Shown: positions 24,660 to 35,459 of the stretch, in pieces
How positions within the stretch are numbered: the stretch's first letter is position 1
Layout: each line of letters starts with the position of its first letter
NCBI GenBank assembly: GCA_038087875.1
Contig: CM075987.1
Location: 310,001-374,000 of the forward strand
Source of the DNA: Malacoraja senta
Lineage: Eukaryota
DNA length: 64,000 bases
Reading direction: 5' to 3'
Program-made: the position numbers and the translations under genes
The notes under the pieces: generated by a model
The model's input: the letters and a program-made list of their open reading frames with translations, nothing else
What the model was told of the DNA's origin: nothing
Database searches by the model: none

Positions 24660-25620
24660 TTATAGGAACACCATTAGGACATGCGGTCCATCTAGTCTAC
24701 TCCACCATTTAATCATGGCTGATCCATCTTTCCCTCTCAATCCCATTATCCTGCCTTCTCTCCATAATCCCTGACACGCATTACTAATTAATATCTATTT
24801 CGGCCTTCAAAATATCCATTGACCTCGCCTCCACAGCCCATTATTGCAATTAAAACCATAAATTTACAACCCCCTGACTAAATAAAATTCCACCTCGTCG
24901 CCTTCTTAAGCGAACGTCCTTCTATTCTAAGGCTATGGCCTCTGGTCCTAGATTCTCCCAGCAGTAGAAACATCCTCTCAACTTCCACTCTATCCGGGCC
25001 TTTCACTTTTCGGTAATTTTCAATAAAGTCCACTCTCATCCTTCTAAACTCTAGCGAGTAAAGGCCCAATGCCGTGAAATGCTCATCGTTTGTTAAATCA
25101 GCCATTCCTGGGATCATTCTCGTTAAGCTCCTCTGCAGCGCGAACGTATTCTTCCTCAGCTATGGGCCCCAGAATTGCTCACAATGCTCTAAATGCGGTC
25201 TGACCAGCGCCTTTTAAAACCTACGTATTACATCCCTTTTTTTTTGTATTCTAATCTTCACTAAATAAATGCTAGCAATCCTTTCGTCTTCCTTACTACC
25301 GATTCCACTTGCAAATTAACGTTTTGCAAATCCTGCACCAGCACTTCCCAAGTTCCTTTGTACCTCCGATTTTTGAATTCTCTCCCCATGTAGAAAATAG
25401 TCTACGACTTTATTCCTACTTTCAAATTGCAAGACTCCGCACATTGCTACTTGTATTCCATCTGCCACTTCTCTACTCAATATCCCAAACTGTCCATGTC
25501 CTTGTGCAGAGTTCCGGCTTTCTATACACTACATGTCCCCCCCCCCTTATCGGATCATCTGCAAATTTGGTCACAAAATCTTCAATCCCAACATCCAAAT
25601 CATTGACATACATTGTAGGG
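24660..25620 (-). mobile_element. Degraded CR1 3' fragment
   Basis: LYSLEFRRMR and FADD remnants. Confidence 0.8.
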
Positions 25621-26002
25621 ACGCCGGTTCCGAGAAAAAATAGCAACTCATCCTTCTCCGCCCACATGAGAGGAACGTGCATTTTGCCGAGTGACTGTCA
25701 CACACATTTCTACACACATTTATTTTTTCACACATCGATTGAAATGCAAATGTAGTTTCTTATTTTATGAACACACTTCTGAAATATCACATGAAGCAGC
25801 ACCGTGGCACAGATTATAATGAGCGACATCAAAATCACAACGGGTTATTGAGACTTGTGGCGTCTTGGAAAGCTGCACCAGACCTTGAACCAAGCATTTA
25901 TAAAAAGGAACAATACGACACGTGGCGCTACATGCTTAGGTAGCAAATAGGCATAGGTACAGTTACACATCACATCAGTAGGTACACGGTGACATATACA
26001 TA

Positions 26003-29000
26003 GAAACATAGAAAATAGGTGTAGGAGGAGGCCATTCGGCCCTTCGAGCCAGCACCGCAATTCATTGTGACCATGGCTGATCGTCCCCTATCAATAACCC
26101 GTGCCTGCCTTCTCCCCATATCCCTTGACTGCACTAGCCCCTGGAGCTCTATCTAACTCTCTCTTAAATGCATCCAGTGACTTGGCCTCCACTGCCCTCT
26201 GTGGCAGGGAATTCCATAAATTCACAACTCTCTGGGTGAAAACGTTTTTTCTCACCTCAGTCTTAAATGACCTCCCTTTATTCTAAGACTGTGGCCCCTG
26301 GTTCTGGATTCGCCCAACATTGGGAACATTTTTCCTGCATCTAGCTTGTCCAGTCCTTTTATAATTTAATATGTCTCTATAAGATCCCCTCTTCCTTCTA
26401 AACTCCAGTGAATACAAGCCTAGTCTTTTCAATCTTTCCTCATATGACAGTCCCGCCATCCCAGGGATCAATCTCGCGAACCTAGGCTGCACTGCCTCAA
26501 TCACAATGATGTCCTTCCTCAAATTAGGAGACCAAAATTGTACACAATACTCTAGATGTGGTCTCACCAGAGCCCTATACAACTGCAGAAGAACCTCTTT
26601 ACTTCTATACTGAAATCCTCTTGTTATGAAGGTCAACATTCCATTAGCTTTCTTCACTGCCTGCTGTACCTGTAAGCCAACCTTCAGTGACCGGTGTACA
26701 AGGATGCCCAGGTCTCGATGCACCTCCCCCTTACCTAACCTAACCCCATTGAGATAACAATCTGCCCCCTTGTTTTTGCCGCCAAAGTGGATAACCTCAC
26801 ATTTATCTATATTATACTGCATCTGCCACCATCTGCCCACTCACTCAACCTGTCCAGATCACCCTGTAACCTCCTAACATTCTCTTCACATTTCACACTG
26901 CCACCCAGCTTTGTGTCACCCGCAAACTTGCTAGTGTTGCACCTAATTCCCTCTTCCAAATCATTAATATATATGGTAAACAGTTGCGGCCCCAACACCG
27001 AGCCTTGCGGCACTCCACTCGCCACTGCTTGCCATTCTGAAAAGGACCCGTTCACTCCTATTGTTTGCTTCCGGTCTGCCAACCAATTTTCTATCCATGT
27101 CAACAGCCTACCCCCAATACCATGTGCTCTAATTTTAGTCACCAGTCTCCCGTGCGGGACGTTATCAAAGGCTTTCTGAAAGTCTAGATACACTACATCC
27201 ACTGGCACCCCTTCATCCATTTTACTTGTCACATCCTCAAAAAATTCCAGATTATTCAAGCATGATTTCCCTTTCATAAATCCATGTTGACTTAGATACA
27301 TAGAAAATAGGTGCAGGAGTAGGCCATTCGGCACTTCGAGCCTGCACCGCCATTCAATATGATCATGGCTGATCATCCAACTCAGTATCCCGTACCTGCC
27401 TTCTCTCCATACCCCCTGATCCCATTAGCCACAAGGGCCACATCTAACTCCCTGTTAAATATAGCCAATGAACTGGCCTCAGCTACCCTCTGTGGCAGAG
27501 AGTTCCAGAAATTCACCACTCTCTGTGTGAAAAAGTTTTTCCTCATCTCGGTCTTAAAGGATTTCCCCCTTATCCTTAAGCTGTGACCCCTTGTCCAGGA
27601 CTTCCCCAACATCGGGAACAATCTTCCTGCATCTAGCCTGCCCAACCCCATAAGAATTTTGTACGTTTCTATAAGATCCCCTCTCAAACTCCGAAATTCT
27701 AGCGAGTATAAGCCAAGTCTATCCAGTCTTTCTTCATATGAAAGTCCTGACATCCCAGGAATCAGTCTGGTGAACCTTCTCTGCACTCCCTCTATGGCTA
27801 TAATGTCCTTCCTCAGATTTGGAGACCAAAACTGTACGCAATACTCCAGGTGTGGTCTCACCAAGACCCTGTACAACTGCAGTAGAACCTCCCTGCTCCT
27901 ATACTCAAATCCTTTTGCTATGAAAGCTAACATACCATTCGCTTTCTTCACTGCCTGCTGCACCTGCATGCCTACTTTCAATGACTGGTGTACCATGACA
28001 CCCAGGTCTCGCTGCATCTCCCCATTTCCTAATCGGCCACCATTTAGATAATAGTCTGCTTTCCTGTTTTTGCCACCAAAGTGGATAACCTCACATTTAT
28101 CCACATTATACTGCATCTGCCAAACATTTGCCCACTCACCCAGCCTATCCAAGTCACCTTGCAGTCTCCTAGCATCCTCCTCACAGCTAACACTGCCCCC
28201 CAGCTTAGTGTCATCCGCAAACTTGGAGATGTTGCCTTCAATTCCCTCATCCAGCTCATTAATAGAAATTGTAAATAGCTGGGGTCCCAGCACTGAACCT
28301 TGCGGTACCCCACTAGTCACTGCCTGCCATTGTGAAAAGGACCCATTTATTCCTACCCTTTGCTTCCTGTTTGCCAGCCAGTTCTCTATCCACATCAATA
28401 CTGAACCCCCAATACCGTGTGCTTTAAGTTTGTATACTAATCTCTTATGTGGTACCTTGTCGAAAGCCTTCTGAAAGTCCAGATACAACACATCCACTGG
28501 TTCTCCCCTATCCACTCTACTAGTTACATCCTCGAGAAATTCTATAAGATTCGTCAGACACGATTTACCTTTCGTAAATCCATGCTGACTTTGTCCAATG
28601 ATTTCACCACTTTCCAAATGTGCTGCTATCCCATCTTTAATAAGTGACTCTAGCAGTTTCCCCACTACCGATGTTAGACTAACTGGTCTGTAATTCCCCG
28701 TTTTCTCTCTCCCTCCCTTCTTAAAAAGTGGGGTTACGTTTGCTACCCTCCAATCCTCAGGAACTACTCCAGAATCTAAAGAGTTTTGACAAATTATCAC
28801 TAATGCATCCACTATTTGTGGAGCTACTTCCTTAAGTACTCTGGGATGCAGCCTATCTGGCCCTGGTGATTTATCGGCCTTTAATCCATTCAATTTACCC
28901 AACACCACTTCCCGACTAACCTGGATTTCACTCAGTTCCTCCATCTCCTTTGACCCGCGGCCCCCTGCTATTTCCGGCAGATTATTTATGTCTTCCTTAG

Positions 29001-31225
29001 TGAAGACGGAACCAAAGTAGTTATTCAATTGGTCCGCCATATCCTTGTTCCCCATGATCAATTCACCTGTTTCTGACTGCAAGGGACCTACATTTGTTTT
29101 AACTAATCTCTTTCTCTTCACATATCTATAAAAACTTTTGCAGTCAGTTTTTATGTTCCCTGCCAGTTTCCTTTCATAATCTATTTTCCCTTTCCTAATT
29201 AAGCCCTTTGTCCTCCTCTGCTGGGCTCTGAATTTCTCCCAGTTCTCTGGTATGCTGCTTTATCTGGCTAATTTGTATGCATCATCTTTTGCTTTGATAC
29301 TATCCCTGATTTCCATTGTTATCCACGGATGCACTACCTTCCCTGATTTATTCTTTAGCCAAACTGGGATGAACAATTTTTCTAGTTCATCCATGCAGTC
29401 TTTAAATGCCTTCCTTTGCATATCCACCGTCAACCCTTTTAGAACTAATTGCCAGTCAATCTTGGCCAATTCACGTCTCATACCCTCAAAGTTACCTTTC
29501 TTTAAGTTCAGAACCGTTGTTTCTGAATTAACAATGTCACTCTCCATCCTAATGAAGAACTCAACCATATTATGGTCACTCTTGCCCAAGGGGGCACGCA
29601 CAACAAGACTGCTAACTAACCCTTCCTCGTTACTCAATACCCAATCTAGAATAGCCTGCTCTCTCGTTGGTTCCTCTACATGTTGGTTTAGATAACTATC
29701 CCGCATACATTCCAAGAAATCCTCTTCCTCAGCACCCCTGCCAATTTGATTCACCCAATCTATATGTAGATTGAAGTCACCCATTATAACTGTTTTGCCT
29801 TTGTTGCACACATTTCTAATTTCCTGTTTGATGCCATCCCCAACTTCACTACTACTGCTAGGTGGCCTGTACACAACACCCACCAGCGTTTTCTGCCCCT
29901 TAGTGTTTCGCAGCTCTACCCATACCGATTCCACATCCTCCAAGCTAATGTCCTTCCTTTCCACTGCGTTAATCTCCTCTCTAACCAGCACCGCTACCCA
30001 CCTCCTTTTCCTTTCTCTCTATCCCTCCTGAATATTGAACATCCCTGGATGTTCAGCTCCCAGCCTTGGTCACCCTGCAGCCATGTCTCCGTGATCCCAA
30101 CTATATCATAATCATTAATTGCTATCTGCACGTTCAACTCATCCACCTTATTACGAATGCTCCTTGCATTGAGACACAAAGCCTTCAGGCTTGTTTTTAC
30201 AACGCTCTTACCCCTTATACAATTATGTTGAAAAGTGTCCCTTTTTGATTTTTGCCCTGGATTTGTCTGCATGCCACTTTTACTTTTCACCTTGCTACCT
30301 ATTGCTTCCGCCCGCATTTTACACCCCTCTGTTTCTCTGCTCACCCATTTAAGAACCCCACCACCTCTTATTCTGTTTATTATTGTTTTCTTCTTCCCCC
30401 CCTACATGTTGGGTCTGAGTGCTTTCCTTCTCTGCCTCCTGCCTCACACACTGTCTAATAGCATTCTCTATTTGAGTCCCTCCCCCCAACCATTCTAGTT
30501 TAAAGTCTCCCCAGTAGCCTTTGCGGATCTCTCCGCCAGGATATCGGTCCCCCTCAGGTTCAAGTGCAACCCATCCTTTTTGTACAGGTCGAACCTTCCT
30601 CAAAAGAGGTCCCAATGATCCAGAAATTTGACTTGGACTAATCCTTTTACTGCTATCCAAATGCCCCATGATTACCTCTTTAATAATTGACTCCAGCATC
30701 TTTCCCACCACCGAAGTCAGGCTAACTGGTCTGTAATTGCCCGTTTTCTCTCTCTCGCTCCTTTCTTGAAAAGTGGGATAACATTAGCTATCCTCCAATC
30801 TACAGGAACTGATCCTGAATCTATTGAACATTGGAAAATGATCACCAATGCGGCCATTATTTCTGGAGCCACCTCCCTGAGGACCCTGAGATGCAGACCA
30901 TCAGGCGCAAGAGATTAATTATGCTTCAGTCCCATTAGCCTACCCAATACTATTTCTCGCATAATAAACATTTCTTTCAGTTCTTCTACCCCCTTAGATC
31001 CTCTGTCCTCCAGTACATATGGGAGATTGTTTGTGTCTTCCTTAGTGAAGACAGATCCGAAGTACCTATTCAACTCTTCTGCCATTTCCTTGTTGCCCAT
31101 AATAATTTCACACGTGTCTGCCTTCAAGGGACCCACATTTGACTTTGCTACTCTTTTTCCCTTAACATATCTAAAGAAGCTTTTACTGTCCTTCTTTATA
31201 TTCCTGGCCAGCTTCCCTTCGTAAT
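26003..31225 (-). mobile_element. Older CR1 (26003-27293 and 30628-31225) split by a younger CR1
   Basis: RT sequence breaks at ccatgttgactt (27293) and resumes at ttgacttggactaatcc (30628), matching the uninterrupted paralog near 57700-57720. Confidence 0.85.
27294..30627 (-). mobile_element. Younger CR1 LINE (end of ORF1, APE, and a 579-aa open RT segment)
   Basis: ORFs 27382-29121 (YLDFQKAFD, QGSVLGP, FADD) and 29260-29991 (APE). CATAGAAA tail. Flanked by a 7-bp TTGACTT duplication. Confidence 0.93.
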
Positions 31226-32684
31226 TCGAACATATATTAACACAATTACACGAGAACCCATGAACACAAACACACACACACACGCAGAGAAAGACAAGGG
31301 ACGTGAGCGGAACTGCCATTTATTAATTATAATGAGCATTTAATCACTCCTTTGATTTGCTCGATCGGTGTCTTCAGGGCGGGAGAGCAGAAACATCTTA
31401 CATCAATGCTGTGAAAGCCACAAGTACAAATAAGTGTAACATAGAGAGCAAGGATCACATTTCGCCATGATAAATTGCTCCGATGAACGTGGCCCATTTC
31501 AGTCTAGGTCGAGAAAGCTGCTGAGTCCAGTTATTAAATAGTCACCATCCTTGATAACGTGTGCAGGCGATTGAGGGGATGACCGATATTTGCGTCTTGT
31601 ACAAACATAGAGCCAGATATCAGATCTGGCACGTTGTTTAATGGCAAGCCGCTCCGAGAATTAGTCAAGGTAATATGCGTTTCCAGCTCACCCCCAGATG
31701 TGCACAAGCATACAGTTCACGAAACTTCAGCACAAGTTGTGAATAGTCTCAGAGTATATAATCATACACAGTGGAATCACTTCGCCGACCATCATGCACC
31801 ACACCTCACAATCCCACCTGCCAGCGTTTGGCCATATCCTTCTAAACATATTCTATCCATGAACCTGTCCAAATGTCTTTTAAAACAACTACTGAAACAC
31901 GAAATCCACCCAATAATATCCTTGTTCAATGGTTCGTTGAAATGCAAACGGGATAGGAACGGTTACATCGATACCCATATTTGCACAGAAAACTAACATT
32001 CCTATAACGGAAACATATCCACGCGCTCTCTTTTAGACCGGTGCACTTTTGGACCAAAATCCCTGTGACAATGCATATTAACAGGTATATTGGATCGTAA
32101 AATCATACGCGGAGGCTCGCAGCAGCGCACAGAAACACACGTGCGCACACAAACAAACATGAAGCTGTACAAAACGTTCATCATGTCTAACGAAAACCTC
32201 TACTTAAGGATATGGGTCGATGTAGTCACCGGAAGGGCTACTGAAATATTTTACGCAGTAATCACATAAAGATGAGATTTCATCTGTAGGCCATTCGTTC
32301 TCCATATTTCATATTAGAGAAGATGATGTCCATACATTAAGCTGTAAAGCTCATTTTCTCACACACAGTATTCTTTCATCCCATATCCTGAATAAGCACA
32401 CATCAGAGTTTATGTTCTTCCGGGGGGAATCACAGTAAATTACTGGGATCGCATGTTTTGCATTGAGTGAGTTCCTCTGTTGAGCTGCGGTCGCCTTCTA
32501 TAAAGAGTACTTTGAAAACATTGCATACTTGAACAAACTCCAATTTGTGTACCATCCCAGTTAATTAATTATATTATCTGGAACAGGAGGTTTATAGAAT
32601 TAACAACCTTTCCTGGAACAAAACAGACTCACGAGTTTGTCCAAAATTCCCTATAAGCGGATGACTGAGAGTCGCTGTTGCTAC

Positions 32685-32905
32685 TAGACACAAAATGCTG
32701 GAGTAACTCCGCGGGTCAGGCAGCATCTCTGGAGAGAAGGAATGGGTGACGTTTCGGGTCGAGACCTTTCTTCGGACTCTGAAGAAAAGTCTCGACCCGA
32801 AACGTCACCCAACCCTTCTCTCAAGAGATGCTGCCTGACCCGCTGAGTTACTTCAGCATTTTGTGTCTACCGATTTAAACCAGCATCTGCAGTTCTTTCC
32901 TACAC
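32685..32905. mobile_element. Penelope-derived inverted-repeat (hairpin) element
   Basis: Arms 32685-32776 and 32779-32869 are near-perfect reverse complements. Degenerate 14-bp flanking direct repeat at 32671-32684 and 32906-32919 (11/14 identical). Confidence 0.85.
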
Positions 32906-33089
32906 GTAGCTTTTGCTGCAACTGGCTACGAGTTCGTATCTAATTATTGAGGATGATCAGGTGAACGCAAAAACTTCATACCAAATTAATATCCTCTACA
33001 GAATGTTGTTATGGGAAATAATAAATAAAATATATACAATATTCATGTTAGAAATGTTGACAACTTGTGAAACTTCCCGCTTTCCGTAG

Positions 33090-33217
33090 ATTTCGCAGAC
33101 ATCATTCGTATTGAGGACTATGAGGAAGACAACGACAAAATCTGGTCAACCGCTCGCACATTCATCATCCTGTTCTTTCTCAGTATTTCCTACGGCGCCG
33201 TCCTCACTCTGGTGAAG
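33090..33217 (+). CDS. ighm: IgM transmembrane exon TM1
   Basis: Acceptor ttccgtAG at 33088-89 (phase 1, matching the Cmu4 internal donor). Encodes DFADIIRIEDYEEDNDKIWSTARTFIILFFLSISYGAVLTLVK, then donor GTGAGT at 33218. Too short to appear in the ORF track. Confidence 0.93.
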
Positions 33218-33350
33218 GTGAGTTAATTTCGCTTACCTTTCCACCTAATTGAAGAGAGTGGATAAATCTGAATTAGCGTACCCAGTAGAGGTCCTGACAT
33301 TAAAGTCCCAGACTGCTTATATCTTTAATTCTCGCTCTCTTCCTTCACAG

Positions 33351-33359
33351 ATCAAGTGA
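33351..33359 (+). CDS. ighm: IgM TM2 exon (IK-stop)
   Basis: Polypyrimidine tract and cacAG at 33349-50, then ATC AAG TGA. Gives a K-I-K cytoplasmic tail, where canonical mu has KVK. Confidence 0.88.
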   Translation: MK

Positions 33360-34259
33360 CGGCTTAAAGTAAGAAATCGCGCGTGCCTCTCGTCGATGTT
33401 TGGACATCGCCATTTACTGCCAAGGGAAATGTGCCAAACTGAATCGCACAATATCATGAACAATAATTCATTCTGTCAATTTGAATTGTATGAAGCAGCC
33501 TAGGATGCCTTTAGAACACAGTTAATGTACCAAACTATTTTAATCAAAATCTGAATGTCATGCGCAAATAAGTTCTCAATCTGCATACGTTTATTTTTTT
33601 ACTTTAGCGTGGGTCATATTTCTTGTCGTTCCGATGTTGAATGTCGTTTTTCGAAAGTAGGACAAATAGGTTGTTTATAGTGAGGATATGAACTTAATGA
33701 TAAATTCGGATATATTATCCGTTACGTATTTGTCTGAAGTTTTGGTAACAGGTCTCGAACAGCAAAATAACTATCTTGGACTCGAATTCTCCAGCGTACC
33801 GAATCCCTACCTCCTGCACACTGTTTTTTTCTCTTCCTGCACTGACATAATTGTCCTTTTGCCCATTTACCCTCGTCAGCTTTTCCCACATTAGGAAAGC
33901 ATCTGTATTTGCCCCGCTTACAAAGTATATACCTATGCTGGCGGGGCAAAGAAGGATGTGTTACTAATCGGTATCTAACTATGTTCCTTAAAATGTAGTC
34001 ATTTTACCTGATTCTTGCTTCTCATGTGCTCATACTGCTAGATATCAAACTCCTTCCAACACTTTCAAACATATCGCTTTTGTCGTTCATAGCCTTACTG
34101 TGGGGAAATAGTTTGACAATCTACCACATCTGTGCCTCTCACAATAATGGATACATTTACAAGGTCATCCATCAGTCTCCATTGCTCTTATGAAAACAAA
34201 TCCAACCACCCAATTTTTGCCGATAACAGAAGATCTTTAATCCAAACACCGATTTGTTG

Positions 34260-34565
34260 AATTTGGGTTTTATTGATTTCTCTAACTTTTGGTAGCCCCG
34301 GCATTCCCTCTCTCTATCCCTCCAACAGCCAAGTTGCACCAGCTTATTGTTTTCACCTAACAAACAGCTAACAGTGGCTTGTTTTCGTTGTCATCATTAC
34401 TTGTTTGCACATCTTTCAATCATTGTTCTTTATCTCTCTACATCATCGCCTAGATCGCTCGTTTCCCTTATCCCTAACCAGTCTGAAGAAAGGTCTCGAC
34501 CCGAAACGTCACTTATTCCTTCTCTCCAGAGATGCTGCCTGGCCCGCTGGGTTACTCCAGATGTT
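34260..34565 (+). mobile_element. Penelope-like 3' end
   Basis: ORF-end remnant (..IDFSNF) and the terminal repeat containing ctgaagaaaggtctcgacccgaaacgtc. Confidence 0.75.
34480..34513 (+). ncRNA. Minimal type I hammerhead-ribozyme-like motif (degenerate)
   Basis: AGT-CTGAAGA-A-AGGTC-TC-GACCC-GAAA-CGTC-ACT: core CUGANGA and GAAA, stem I AGU/ACU, palindromic ACGU helix III with a GUC site. The first stem II pair is an A-C mismatch. Confidence 0.6.
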
Positions 34566-35459
34566 TGTGATTACCGACCTGTTGAAGTTCCTCTTCATTC
34601 CCTTCTAGCAACATCGTGTATTCTACAGTGTTCCACATTATACTCTGTCTAATCAGGAAACAAAGAGTGGGGATTAACGGGTCCCTTTTAGAATGGCAGG
34701 CAGTGACTAGTGGGGTGCCGCAAGGCTGGGTGCTGGGACCGCAGATATTTACAATATACATCAATGATTTAGATGAAGGGATTCAAAGTAACATTTGCAA
34801 ATTTGCAGATGACACAAAGCTGGGTGGCAGTGTGAACTGTGATGAGGATGCTATGAGAATGCAGGGTAACTTGGACAGGTTGGGGGAGTGGGCAGATGCA
34901 TGGAAGATGCAGTTTAATGTGGATAAATGCGAGGTTATCCACTTTGGTAGTAAAAACAGGAAGGCAGAATATCATCGAATTGTGTCAAGTTGGGAAAAGG
35001 GGAAGTACAACCGGATCTGGGGGGTCCTTGTTCATCAGTCAATGAAAGTAAGCATGCAGGTACAGCAGGCAGAGAAGAAAGCGAATGGAATGTTGGCCTT
35101 CATAACAAGATGAGTTGAGTATAGGGGCAAAGAGGTTCTTCTGCAGTTGCATATGGCCCTAGTGAGACCACACCTGGAGTATTGTGTGCAGTTTGCATCC
35201 CATAATTTGAGAAAGGACATTCTTGCTATTGAGGGAATGCAGCGGTTAATTCCCGGGATGGCGGGACTCTCATATGCTCAAAGAATGGAGTGGCTGGGCT
35301 TGTATACTCTGGAATTTAGAAGGATGAGAGGGAATCTTATTGAAACATATAAAATTATTGGGGGTTTGGACACGCTGGAGGCAGGTAGCATGTTCCTGAT
35401 GTTGGGGGAGTCCAGAACCAGGGGCCACAGTTTAAGAATAAGGGATAAGGCATTTAGAA

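Noticed and set aside
16838-25751. Statistical enrichment of octamer motifs in the Ig unit (three perfect copies)
   Set aside because: A rough base-composition estimate gives about three chance copies per 64 kb, so the count alone is not evidence. Individual sites are kept only as candidates.
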